Shown here: piece after piece, positions 43,872 through 53,853 of the stretch
Position numbering within the stretch: position 1 is the first letter of the stretch
Layout of the letters: the number at the start of each line of letters is the position of its first letter
Virus record (IMG/VR): IMGVR_UViG_3300045988_139610
Strand: one strand, 5' to 3'
Source: a virus
DNA length: 64,000 bases
Program-made: the position numbers and the translations under genes
Notes under the pieces: generated by a model
What the model was told of the DNA's origin: nothing
The model's database searches: none
Seen by the model: only the letters and a program-made list of their open reading frames with translations

Positions 43872-44648
43872 ATGAATATAAATTATAAATTATATCAAGG
43901 GGATTGTTTAGAAGTAATGGATGGATTAATTGAAGAAGGTATAAAATTTGATGCTATAATTGCAGACCCGCCTTATGGAACAACTGCATGTAAATGGGAT
44001 TCAGTTATACCATTTGATGCAATGTGGGAGAGATTGAATAAATTAATAAAAGATAATGGAGCAATAGTATTATTTGGTAGTCAACCTTTTACAAGTGAGT
44101 TAGTCCATAGTAACATTAATAACTATAAACACTATTGGATTTGGGATAAAGAAATATGTGGTGCTTTTGCATTGGCAAAGAAAAGACCAATGATTGTGAC
44201 AGAAGAAATATTAGTATTTTCAAAAAATAATAATAGAATTAATTATTATCCTATAATGGAAGATGCAATTTCTAAAAATATTAGACCTGTAAATTTAGGA
44301 AGTTCAGTTAGTGAAGCAACCCCTGTTTCAAGTGGAATTGCTAAAAGTGATAAAAACTATAATCCAAAAAAAAGATACCCTAAAAACATAATTAAATATT
44401 CAAAGTATAATAAAGAGTGTAACCAATTAAATAGAGTACACCCAACACAAAAACCTGTGGAGATATTAGAATATTTAATAAAAACATATACTAATGAAGG
44501 AGATTTAGTATTAGATTTTACAATGGGTAGTGGTTCAACTGGAGTTGCATGCTTAAATACAAATAGAAAATTTATTGGCATTGAATTGGATGAGAAATAC
44601 TTTAATATAGCTAAGGATAGAATAGAAGAATTAGATAAAAATAATTAA
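43872..44648 (+). CDS. DNA N6-adenine/N4-cytosine methyltransferase (beta class), no partner endonuclease seen
   Basis: DPPY (IIADPPYGT) precedes FTMGSGSTGVA (FxGxG). This fits the PF01555-type motif order. Confidence 0.8.
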   Translation: MNINYKLYQGDCLEVMDGLIEEGIKFDAIIADPPYGTTACKWDSVIPFDAMWERLNKLIKDNGAIVLFGSQPFTSELVHSNINNYKHYWIWDKEICGAFALAKKRPMIVTEEILVFSKNNNRINYYPIMEDAISKNIRPVNLGSSVSEATPVSSGIAKSDKNYNPKKRYPKNIIKYSKYNKECNQLNRVHPTQKPVEILEYLIKTYTNEGDLVLDFTMGSGSTGVACLNTNRKFIGIELDEKYFNIAKDRIEELDKNN

Positions 44649-44667
44649 TAAAATAGGGGTGGATAAA

Positions 44668-45849
44668 ATGTCAAGAGTATATTTCAATAGATTTTTTAGT
44701 AAAATAGATAAAAAGGGTATATATGATTATGCAAAATTAGATACAAATATAAATGATTTAGAAGAGAGAATACAATATGTATATGATTTATTAAATGTAG
44801 TGAAAGATGAAAATGGAACAGAATTTAGTAACGATGAATTTTGGAATGAAATATTCGTTCAACGTATTAATAAAACAAGTTATATTGATTTAATGCCTAA
44901 TTCAGAAACAGAATTATATTCTGAATCAAATATAGCAAAGACTTTAGAGGCTATAGCAAATTATATAATGTGGTGTGACCCTAATAAAAAAAAGAAAGAA
45001 CATATTAAAATATATGACAATGAAAAGAAGTTTCAAGATGCTATATCTAAAGATAGAAAATATTTTGATACATATGGAGAATCGGTAGATGATGGTGTTA
45101 TTATATTAAGGAGAAAAGAAAATTACAAGAAAGCTAAAGATGAAAAAGTTACAGCTGAAGATTTAAAAAATTATCCAGAGTTAAGAGAATATAAAAAAGA
45201 AATAGATAGATTGAGTTCTTACATAAGAGAAGATAGATTGGATGAGTTTATGGAGTACATGCAAAACAAAGGACACACTAAGATTAAAACGGAAAGACAG
45301 GCTAAATCATTTTTAGTAAATCACATAGGAGAACTTAAAAAAGACATGTTACAAGCAAAAATAGAATTAGCAAGACCTATTGTTTGGAAAGCTCCATTAA
45401 AAGATGCAGGAGAGGCTGATTGGGATGAACTTGATGAATTGGATTCTACTCATATGAAAGCTTTATTACAATTATATAGAGAATTAGAAGTATATGATTT
45501 TCAAAGCGATTTAGGATGTATATTTAAAGATTTAGAAGATGTACTCAGTGAGGTTAAACTGACTGAAAAACAAGAAGAATTATTAAATTTATGGATGAAA
45601 GGTATGACGGTTAGTAAAATAGCTAAAGAGTTAAATAAAAGCGTAGGTACAGTAAGTAAATATTTAGACAGAATAGTTAATAAAATAGTTGAGGTATATG
45701 AAGAAAAATTGGAAAATTGGTATTATTTAAATATAAGAAAAGGAGAATATAAACGTTGTAATAAATGTGGTGAAATTAAATTAATTAATAAATTTTATAA
45801 AGAATCAAATGGTGGATATAAAACTAAGTGTAAAAAATGTATGAATTAA
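44668..45849 (+). CDS. Sigma-region-4-like HTH protein with C-terminal zinc ribbon (possible late transcription factor)
   Basis: LTEKQEELLNLWMKGMTVSKIAKELNKSVGTVSKYLDRIVNKI resembles sigma-70 region 4 / LuxR HTH. C-terminal CNKCGE...CKKC. Confidence 0.5.
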   Translation: MSRVYFNRFFSKIDKKGIYDYAKLDTNINDLEERIQYVYDLLNVVKDENGTEFSNDEFWNEIFVQRINKTSYIDLMPNSETELYSESNIAKTLEAIANYIMWCDPNKKKKEHIKIYDNEKKFQDAISKDRKYFDTYGESVDDGVIILRRKENYKKAKDEKVTAEDLKNYPELREYKKEIDRLSSYIREDRLDEFMEYMQNKGHTKIKTERQAKSFLVNHIGELKKDMLQAKIELARPIVWKAPLKDAGEADWDELDELDSTHMKALLQLYRELEVYDFQSDLGCIFKDLEDVLSEVKLTEKQEELLNLWMKGMTVSKIAKELNKSVGTVSKYLDRIVNKIVEVYEEKLENWYYLNIRKGEYKRCNKCGEIKLINKFYKESNGGYKTKCKKCMN

Positions 45850-45995
45850 TATATAAAAAATACACTATTTTTATTATCGAAAAAATATGCTACTTTTTTC
45901 GTAGTATAAATAGCGTATTTTGTGTAAGGCTAAAAAAGCCTACAATATTTGTTATTTTTATTAATATTTTATAATTTATTAAGGGGGTATGTTTT

Positions 45996-46298
45996 ATGGA
46001 AATAAACGTAGTAAAAGAATTACAAGGAGCTTTAGAAGAAAGAGGCTTAAAAGTATCTCAAGCAGAGGCTAGAGAAATATTAAAAGGATTAGAAGATACT
46101 GTTTCTTCAATATATCAACAAATGGAAGTAGGAGACACAGTTAGTATGGGAATGTTCCTAGTTGATAAGAAGATACAAAAAGGTAGAGAGGGTGTATTAA
46201 AAACTAAAGAAGGACAAGCTACACCTTATAAAACAGATGATAAAGTTACTGTAAAAGTTAGACTTAAAAAATCTGTAAAAGAAAGAATAGAAGAATAA
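45996..46298 (+). CDS. HU/IHF-like DNA-binding protein
   Basis: 100 aa. The pattern ..LSQAEAREILKGLEDTV...GDTVSMGMF... fits an HU-fold dimerisation helix plus beta arms. Confidence 0.55.
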   Translation: MEINVVKELQGALEERGLKVSQAEAREILKGLEDTVSSIYQQMEVGDTVSMGMFLVDKKIQKGREGVLKTKEGQATPYKTDDKVTVKVRLKKSVKERIEE

Positions 46299-46318
46299 TT
46301 AATAAAGGGAGGATAAAT

Positions 46319-46621
46319 ATGAAAATTTTAAGAATGGATAGAGGAAATGGTAAAACTTTCCACTTGATAAAATTATCTGCTATCCTTGATTCTCCCATAA
46401 TATGCGCTACAGAACAAAGTAAAAAATACATATTAGATAAAGCAAGAGAAATGTGGTTAGAAATACCAGAACCGATAGTGGTGAATAGAAATAATTTTGA
46501 AATAGTTATGAGAGGAAGAAACACAGATTTATTAATAGATGATTTAGAATTAGTATTGAAAGGTTTGTTTGGAAGCGATGTGGTTGTTGCTACAACAAGT
46601 GAATCTGTTTTAGAATTTTAA
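46319..46621 (+). CDS. Hypothetical protein with P-loop-like GNGKT
   Basis: 100 aa. Contains DRGNGKT and DLLIDD. Confidence 0.4.
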   Translation: MKILRMDRGNGKTFHLIKLSAILDSPIICATEQSKKYILDKAREMWLEIPEPIVVNRNNFEIVMRGRNTDLLIDDLELVLKGLFGSDVVVATTSESVLEF

Positions 46622-46638
46622 ATGGGAGGAAAAGAGTA

Positions 46639-46920
46639 ATGTTTAATAAATATTATATTTTCAATGAAGATACAGACAATAAATTAAAAGAGTTGGGATT
46701 TGAATTAAATAAGGATACATTAACGTATGAAATGGTATGTTATGATTGTAATAGAATAATAGCATATACGGTAAATGATAAGAGTGCAGGGGTTCAAAGA
46801 ATATACCCTACAGGTGTACGTAGTAAAATATTTAAAACAGATATATATCGTTTTTATAATTTTGAAGAGATAAAATCGTCGTTAAAATATATGCTTGAAC
46901 AATTGGTTTGTAACAATTAA
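46639..46920 (+). CDS. Hypothetical protein
   Basis: 93 aa. Ends ..CNN*. Confidence 0.5.
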   Translation: MFNKYYIFNEDTDNKLKELGFELNKDTLTYEMVCYDCNRIIAYTVNDKSAGVQRIYPTGVRSKIFKTDIYRFYNFEEIKSSLKYMLEQLVCNN

Positions 46921-46938
46921 TAAATGGGGAGTGGTTCG

Positions 46939-47130
46939 ATGATATTTAAAGAAGGAAAAACATTAGAAATAAAAGTATCAAGAGTTAAAGAAACTGATAA
47001 TGGTATTATTATTGAAGAGCTAGATAAAGATGGCTATGGTTTAGAAACATTTTCATTAGAAGATTTATTTAGTAATTTTATTGGAGAGGATAAAGTTAAA
47101 ATTAAGATAGAAAATGTAAATGAAAGATAA
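46939..47130 (+). CDS. Hypothetical protein
   Basis: Start moved to ATG 46939 behind GGGGAGTGG. Confidence 0.45.
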   Translation: MIFKEGKTLEIKVSRVKETDNGIIIEELDKDGYGLETFSLEDLFSNFIGEDKVKIKIENVNER

Positions 47131-47138
47131 TTAAATAA

Positions 47139-47169
47139 GGGAGGTACAAAACCTCCCAATTATTTTTTT
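47139..47169 (+). terminator. Intrinsic terminator
   Basis: GGGAGGT-acaaa-ACCTCCC followed by a T-run. Confidence 0.7.
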
Positions 47170-47187
47170 GTTTATTTGGAGGGAATT

Positions 47188-48315
47188 ATGAATAAAAAAG
47201 GATTAATACAGGATTGTTTAAATAAACTTAATAAATTAAATGATATGTCATGGGAAGATATAAATAGAAAATATGAAACAGATTATTCAGATGACCATTT
47301 AAGAAAATTAGCATATGGATTTAAATTATATTCTGAAACTATAAATGAAAATGATATAGACAGCAAAACATTAGCTGAAATAAAAAAGGAAAAAATAAAG
47401 TTAACCGATTTAAGAACAGAAGTGAATAGACAATTAAGAGGGTTATCTAGGATGGAAAATGTAATGAATTTAATAAGTGAAGAAATCAATAATTTAAATT
47501 CAAGAAATCCATTATTGAATCGCTATGTTCCAAAAGAAGATTCTAGTGGGAAAGACGGAATTTTGATATTAAGTGATTTACATATTTCTATGACTGTAGA
47601 AAATTCAATAAATAAATATAATAAAGATATAGCTATAAAAAGGTTAGATAAAATAATTGATAAAACAATAGAACATTGTATTGATAATAATATAGATAAA
47701 TTACATTTAGTATTGAACGGAGATTTAATATCTGGTGAATTACATAATAGTATTAAATTATCTAATCAAGAATCTTTGGTAAAACAAATAGTAAGTGTTA
47801 GTGAAATAATATCACAGGTAATAGAAAAACTATCAAATTATTTTTATTTAACTGTAACTCAAAATAATGGTAATCATGAAGCAGTAGAAATGATTAAAGA
47901 CGATAGAAGTAATGGCAATAATTATTCCATGTTATTAAATGAAATGATTAAAATGAGAGTATCAAATTTATCAAATGTTGTATTTTTAAATTCAATAAAT
48001 AACGGTGAATTATCTATAATGAATGTAAAAGAAAATACAGTTGTTTCATGTCATGGTGACCAAGTTAATTTAAATAAAGTAAGTGAAGAACTATCTATGG
48101 TTATAGGTGGTGAAAACATAGATTTAATTTTATTAGGACATTATCATCAACCTAAAATGTTTTCACAATATAATACAGATATATATGTGAACGGAAGTTT
48201 GATTTCAACAGATGATTATGCTATGAAGAAAAAATTATATAACAAACCTTCTCAAACATTATTAATACTTGATGAAGATGGAGTAGTTGCAAGTTATGTA
48301 ATGAAAGTTGAATAA
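47188..48315 (+). CDS. Calcineurin-like metallophosphoesterase
   Basis: LSDLH, NGDLISG, GNHE, CHGD and GHYH motifs in canonical order. Confidence 0.75.
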   Translation: MNKKGLIQDCLNKLNKLNDMSWEDINRKYETDYSDDHLRKLAYGFKLYSETINENDIDSKTLAEIKKEKIKLTDLRTEVNRQLRGLSRMENVMNLISEEINNLNSRNPLLNRYVPKEDSSGKDGILILSDLHISMTVENSINKYNKDIAIKRLDKIIDKTIEHCIDNNIDKLHLVLNGDLISGELHNSIKLSNQESLVKQIVSVSEIISQVIEKLSNYFYLTVTQNNGNHEAVEMIKDDRSNGNNYSMLLNEMIKMRVSNLSNVVFLNSINNGELSIMNVKENTVVSCHGDQVNLNKVSEELSMVIGGENIDLILLGHYHQPKMFSQYNTDIYVNGSLISTDDYAMKKKLYNKPSQTLLILDEDGVVASYVMKVE

Positions 48316-48324
48316 TTAATTAAA

Positions 48325-48352
48325 CCACTCGAATAAGAGTGGTATTTTTATT
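48325..48352 (+). terminator. Intrinsic terminator
   Basis: CCACTC-gaataa-GAGTGG followed by tatttttatttt. Confidence 0.65.
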
Positions 48353-48441
48353 TTAAGGATTGAAATGATATTGATAATTATATCAGTATTTTTTGAGTCT
48401 TTAAAATAAGGCTCAAAATTCATAATAAATTCTCCCCTTTA

Positions 48442-48485
48442 GGTTACGGCTAAAAACTCCTTCCATTAGTCGTAACCATTTTTTT
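48442..48485 (+). terminator. Second hairpin plus T7 just upstream of terS
   Basis: GGTTACG..(22-nt loop)..CGTAACC followed by attttttt. Confidence 0.5.
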
Positions 48486-48510
48486 CATTTTTTAAAGGAG
48501 AGTGATAAAA

Positions 48511-49356
48511 ATGGCAGACACAAAACAATGTTCAGCTACAGGTAAATTTAAACCTACCGTTAGAGATTTCTACTCTACACAATCAATGCTTTATGAACAT
48601 GATAAGAAATTGCCTATGAGTAAAGAAGTGGTTGACAAGTATTTTAAAAAGTTATTAAAAAATTACAATAACGACCATAGGTTGGCTTTCATACATTTAT
48701 GTATGGTTTTAGATATGTATTATGACGAAGAAACGTATTTAAAGTGTGTTGAGAAATATGGTAATAATTTTTTAGGTAATTATACTAGAATAATTAATAG
48801 AGATAAAGCATTTAAAGGATTGACATCATTAGACAATATGCTTACTTATGATGGTGTAACCAATATTATTACTGGAGAAACAGTTACTTCAAGTGAAATT
48901 GTTGACTTTTGGGGTAAGGGATTTCAAGATGACGAATATGAGCTACTTCAAAGAAAATATGAACAATACACAGATAATTACCCATCTAAAACTACCCAAG
49001 AAGTTAATCTTATCAAAACCATATGTATGTTAGAAGTGCTTAGGGAAAGAGCCGTAGTTAAGAATGACCCAAAGGCATTTGAAAATTTAACTAATCAAAT
49101 TTCCAAACGTATGGAAGAACTTAATATATTACCTTCTAAAATGAGTAAATATGGCGAAGACGATAATTTAAGTTATGGGAATTTAATAGCAATAATAGAG
49201 AAAAATGAACCTATCCCAGATGTTCATTCAGAATATAATGATGTTGATAGAATTAAATGGTGGCTAAATCGTTATTTCTTAAATCCTATCAAGAAATTAA
49301 TGAATAATGATTCAACTCCTTATACAGAGGAGGACGAGCGTGGATATGGAGAATAA
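48511..49356 (+). CDS. Putative terminase small subunit
   Basis: Called by position only. It lies immediately upstream of TerL and overlaps it (ATGGAGAATAA). Start is ATG 48511. Confidence 0.4.
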   Translation: MADTKQCSATGKFKPTVRDFYSTQSMLYEHDKKLPMSKEVVDKYFKKLLKNYNNDHRLAFIHLCMVLDMYYDEETYLKCVEKYGNNFLGNYTRIINRDKAFKGLTSLDNMLTYDGVTNIITGETVTSSEIVDFWGKGFQDDEYELLQRKYEQYTDNYPSKTTQEVNLIKTICMLEVLRERAVVKNDPKAFENLTNQISKRMEELNILPSKMSKYGEDDNLSYGNLIAIIEKNEPIPDVHSEYNDVDRIKWWLNRYFLNPIKKLMNNDSTPYTEEDERGYGE

Positions 49357-49819
49357 ATTAAAATGTAAACAAAGAAAAAACTTAAAAAAGGATTCATATG
49401 AAAATTTATTAGATGGTGTAAAAATATGGACTGAATATTTTAGAAAGAATCCACATAGATTTTGTATGGATTTTTTAGGAATTAATCTATATTGGTTTCA
49501 ACAAGTATTGCTTTATATGATGAATATATGCACTAATTTCTGCTTCACAGCATCAAGAGGTCTTGGAAAGACATTCTTAACGGCTATATTTGTATGTTGT
49601 AGAGCAATATTATATCCAGGTTCTAAAATAATAGTTGCATCTGGTAATAAAGACCAAGCAGGATTAATTATAACCGAGAAAATTGAAGATTTACAAAGGA
49701 ATTATCCCGCATTGGCAAAAGAGATTAAAAAAATTCAAAACAATAAAGATAATGTTAAATGTATATTTAAAAATGGTTCTGTAATAACTGCAATAGCATC
49801 TAATGATGGAGCTAGAGGT
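49346..49819 (+). CDS. terL: Terminase large subunit, exon 1 (ATPase Walker A)
   Basis: ASRGLGKT Walker A. The frame stops at TAA directly after ..NDGARG. Continuation is at 51074. Confidence 0.75.
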
Positions 49820-51073
49820 TAAAAATTTATTTTAAAGTCAAATTTTTACAAGGAATTTAAAGGAGTGTAAGCCTTTGTTCCTTCTCTTAAATAAATAAGA
49901 GAGAAGGTGTTTATAATGTCAAGATGGACTGATGAAGAAGAAAAGAAATTAGAAGAAATACATGACAAATATACAGTTAAGGAAATTGCAAAAATACTAA
50001 ATAAAAGTGAAGCGTCTATTGATTGTAAGAAAAGAAGAATGGGATTGACTGTAAATATAAATTCTAAAGATAGGGGAGACCAATACTTTTTTGACAGTAT
50101 AGATACTGAAGAAAAAGCATATTGGCTAGGGTTTATATATGCCGACGGTTACATAATCTCTTCTGATAGAAATTATGAATTAGGTATCGAATTAAATTAT
50201 AAAGATGTAGAACATTTGGAAAAGTTTAATAAAATATTCAATAACTATTATAAAATATCTGAGAAAATAGGAGCTTATAACTCAATAGAAAGATTTAATG
50301 GAAAAGAAGAGACAAATAGAAAGTCTGAAACTTGCTTAATAAGAGTATATAGCAAAACTATTTATGAAGGCTTAGCTAAAAATGGCATAGTCCAAAATAA
50401 GACATATTCAACTATTTTTCCTAAAATAGAAGATAAAGTTTTATTTCTTCATTTTTTGAGAGGGTATATTGATGGTGACGGGTCTTATTGCATTAAAAAA
50501 GTTAAAGGACATAAATATCCTAGAATATCAATACAGGCAAAGAATAAATTAGCACTTCAATACATAGTTGATAAATTAAATGAAGATTTTGGCATAAAAG
50601 CTTACATACACAAAGATAGAGAATGTTTTAAATTTGAAATAAGTAGAAAACATGATTGTTTAAAATTAATGGATTTAATGTATGATAATGCCACTGTATA
50701 TTTAGATAGAAAATTTGACAAAGTTAATGAAATAAAAAGTATAGCCTAGTATTATGCAAATTCTCAAGTGCATAATACCGTAAACGGGATGTATCGGTCT
50801 AGCTGAAAGTACGTAAAAATTATAACCTTACTAAGTTAAGGAGGAATAAGCTGAGAAGAAAGGCTAAGTCCTAAAGGATAGTGCTGATACCGAGGGTAAT
50901 AATATCTAATATTACCTGTAACGAATAGGAGATGAGCGTTAAGATGAAAGTAATAATTCTCCCACGAGCTTCCGTCACTCATTGAGAATTAATTATGAGA
51001 GTGAAAATTTATTCTGAGCTTGCAGGAAACTGTAAGAACTATAAGATAAAAAGCTTATAGGATAACAAAACTG
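49820..51073 (+). mobile_element. Group-I-like intron in terL carrying a LAGLIDADG homing endonuclease
   Basis: Exon 1 ends in U (ggT). The element ends in G at 51073. Splicing gives ..NDGARG|QRCNILVADEYRLIK in frame (Walker B-like LVADE). The flanks 49820-49906 and 50750-51073 are non-coding and richer in G+C. Confidence 0.7.
49916..50749 (+). CDS. Double-motif LAGLIDADG homing endonuclease
   Basis: LGFIYADGYI and LRGYIDGDGSY. N-terminal Myb/HTH-like WTDEEEKKL..IAKILNKS. Confidence 0.8.
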   Translation: MSRWTDEEEKKLEEIHDKYTVKEIAKILNKSEASIDCKKRRMGLTVNINSKDRGDQYFFDSIDTEEKAYWLGFIYADGYIISSDRNYELGIELNYKDVEHLEKFNKIFNNYYKISEKIGAYNSIERFNGKEETNRKSETCLIRVYSKTIYEGLAKNGIVQNKTYSTIFPKIEDKVLFLHFLRGYIDGDGSYCIKKVKGHKYPRISIQAKNKLALQYIVDKLNEDFGIKAYIHKDRECFKFEISRKHDCLKLMDLMYDNATVYLDRKFDKVNEIKSIA

Positions 51074-52348
51074 CAAAGATGCAATATATTAGTTGCAGAC
51101 GAGTATCGTCTTATAAAATTAGATGTAATTAATTCGGTTTTAAAGCAATTCTTAACTAATCCAAGAAAACCACCATTCTTAGAAAAAGAAGAATATAAAG
51201 ATTATCCTCTTGAAAGCAACATGGAACTATATTTAAGTTCGAGTTGGCTGAAATCACATTGGAGTTATGAGAAATTCACCGGAATATTAACTAGAATGCT
51301 TGAAGGTGGTAAGGCATTTGCTTGTGCTATTCCTTATTTAGCTTCTTTAGACCACAAACTTGTACTGAAAGATAAAATTGAAGAAGACAAAGAGGATATG
51401 GGTGAATTCGTATTTAATATGGAATATGGTTGTATATGGCATGGACAAAGTGGAGATTGCTTCTTTAATACATCTGATATGTTAAATGCTAGAGTTTTAA
51501 AGAATTGTTATTATCCATTAACGGATGACGATTATAGAAATCCAGATAAAAAGAAAAAGGAATTAAAACAAATGCCTAAAAAGAAAGATGAAATAAGGAT
51601 AATTTCAGTCGACGTAGCTACAGCAAAAGCTAACAAATCAAATAAAAATGATAACTCTATTTTTACTTTATGGAGATTACTTCCTAGTGGAAATAATATT
51701 ATTAGAGAAGTTGTTTATATGGAATCACATAATGGTATGAAGTTTGAAAAACAAGCCACTAGAATTAAGAGATTATATACAGAGTTTAAAGCAGACAAAA
51801 TTATCATAGACGGTGGTGGTTTAGGTATAGCTGTAATACAAGAAATGGAAAAATCATCTTATGACGAAAATATTGATGAACATTACGAACCTTTTGGCAT
51901 TTATGATATGAGTACGCAATCAAAAGATTTTCAACCTTTAAAAAATGGTATAAATTGTATATATGTAATTAAAGGGAATCAAAAAATAAATAATGATTGT
52001 GCAGTATATCTTAAAAATGCTTTTAGTAGTAAAAAAATAAGATTATTAATAGAAGAAAATGAAAAAAGAGGAGATTTTAGTAAAGACTTAAAATATCATC
52101 AAGACGCAGAATATCATGCTAATAAAATAGCACCATTTATTCAAACATCTAATTTTATATTTGAATCAATAAACTTAGATTATGAAACTATGGGGAATGG
52201 TGATATAGTTCTTAAAGAAAAAGGAAGAAATCGTAAGGATAGATATTCTTCTATTACTTATGGTAATTATTTAGCAGAATTGATAGAAAGAGATATAAGA
52301 AAGAAAAATAGGAATAAGAAAAAGAGACATATTTTCTTGGCTAATTAA
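51074..52348 (+). CDS. terL: Terminase large subunit, exon 2 (Walker B plus nuclease domain)
   Basis: Open frame from 51050. LVADEY, then IISVDVA..IIIDGGGLG typical of a TerL nuclease. Confidence 0.7.
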   Translation, partial: QRCNILVADEYRLIKLDVINSVLKQFLTNPRKPPFLEKEEYKDYPLESNMELYLSSSWLKSHWSYEKFTGILTRMLEGGKAFACAIPYLASLDHKLVLKDKIEEDKEDMGEFVFNMEYGCIWHGQSGDCFFNTSDMLNARVLKNCYYPLTDDDYRNPDKKKKELKQMPKKKDEIRIISVDVATAKANKSNKNDNSIFTLWRLLPSGNNIIREVVYMESHNGMKFEKQATRIKRLYTEFKADKIIIDGGGLGIAVIQEMEKSSYDENIDEHYEPFGIYDMSTQSKDFQPLKNGINCIYVIKGNQKINNDCAVYLKNAFSSKKIRLLIEENEKRGDFSKDLKYHQDAEYHANKIAPFIQTSNFIFESINLDYETMGNGDIVLKEKGRNRKDRYSSITYGNYLAELIERDIRKKNRNKKKRHIFLAN

Positions 52349-52365
52349 AAAGGTGGTGAAAATGT

Positions 52366-53832
52366 TTGAACGAAGGGAAAGATAATAGAAAGAATAATTT
52401 AGAATTTGCACAGAAATCTTCTATGATTGATATAAATAGTATAGATAAGGTAGCTAGTAGTAGAAAGAGAAGTAAAGTTGATACGGATACAATAGCTAGT
52501 GCCTTAGAAAATCCTTATTCTAATGTTACTACACTACAACAACAATCTGAATTAATGAGGGTTATTAATGGTAATTTAAAAGAAATAATAAATTATAAAT
52601 CGAATTTATTAACTTACGACCATTATTTAGTCCCATTAGATGCGAGTAAATTTATAACTAAAGGACAAGATAACTTTTTTAAATCTTACAGAAAAGCCTG
52701 TTTAGAGTTAGAAAAATATAATTTAAAAACTCTTTGTCCCTGGATTTTAGAAAGCGAATTTAGAAAAGGAGAAATATATTTATATAAACAAGAAACAAGT
52801 GATAATATTACATTTGTTTCTTTACCAGAAGATTTATGCAAAGTTACTTATACCGAATCTTTTATGTTAGGTTATAGTATAAAACTTAGTGGTATTAATA
52901 CTAAACAATTAGGATATTACCCAATAGATATTCAAAATTTATACGCTGATTATAAAGCAGGTAAATTGAAAAATGATGAAAATTTCATAGACAACTATTA
53001 CATGTTACCACTTGAAAATGCAATAGCTTTTCTTCCAGAAGTAATAGATAGTAAAGGTATTCCATATTATTCTGGATTACTTTTAGATTTAAGTAGAATA
53101 AAAGATTTATCAGACGCTAGTATGGAAAATATTGAAGCTAATAACTTCAAATTAATTCACCAATTATTACCTTCAGATGAAGATGGAGAATTAAGTATAG
53201 AACCAGAAACAGCAATATTTTATCATAAATCATTAGTCAAGAATGTTAGAGATGGTATAGGAGTTGTAAGTTCACCTTACCCAATAGATTCTGTTTCATT
53301 ACAAACTAATAAAATTTCTGATTATGGAGAAATAAATAATTTAACTAATAATGTATACGATACAGCTGGTATAGATAGCAATTTATTTAATGGAGATAAC
53401 AAGTCTGGTACACAAATGACAATTTATAGTGGTATCGTTGATAGTTTAATGCCATTAAATCTATTAGATAGAATTAAAATATGGTTGAATTATGCTTTTA
53501 GTAAAAATTCAGCATTAAAGAATTTCAAATTATGTTTTTGTGATACCACTAAATATAATAAAGAGGAAAAAATACAATCTAGTTGTAATAGATTGGCTAC
53601 TTGGACTTCTAAATTTGAGTATTTAGCAATATGTGGATATTCTCCATTAGAAGCATTAAATATACTTCAAATAGAAAGTATATTAGACTTTGGTAACTTA
53701 ATGTCTCCATTATTAAATGCACATACGATGAGTGGAACTGATGTTGGAGATGTGGGTGGCAGACCTACAGCTGGGGAAGAGTCTGGAAATCCAAATAAAG
53801 CACCAGAGGCAGATAACGCAGGTGATTATTAA
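52366..53832 (+). CDS. Portal protein
   Basis: 488 aa, directly after TerL. TTG start behind GGTGGTGA. Called on position and size. Confidence 0.6.
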   Translation: MNEGKDNRKNNLEFAQKSSMIDINSIDKVASSRKRSKVDTDTIASALENPYSNVTTLQQQSELMRVINGNLKEIINYKSNLLTYDHYLVPLDASKFITKGQDNFFKSYRKACLELEKYNLKTLCPWILESEFRKGEIYLYKQETSDNITFVSLPEDLCKVTYTESFMLGYSIKLSGINTKQLGYYPIDIQNLYADYKAGKLKNDENFIDNYYMLPLENAIAFLPEVIDSKGIPYYSGLLLDLSRIKDLSDASMENIEANNFKLIHQLLPSDEDGELSIEPETAIFYHKSLVKNVRDGIGVVSSPYPIDSVSLQTNKISDYGEINNLTNNVYDTAGIDSNLFNGDNKSGTQMTIYSGIVDSLMPLNLLDRIKIWLNYAFSKNSALKNFKLCFCDTTKYNKEEKIQSSCNRLATWTSKFEYLAICGYSPLEALNILQIESILDFGNLMSPLLNAHTMSGTDVGDVGGRPTAGEESGNPNKAPEADNAGDY

Positions 53833-53853
53833 AAAAAATAAGGAGGTGATATA

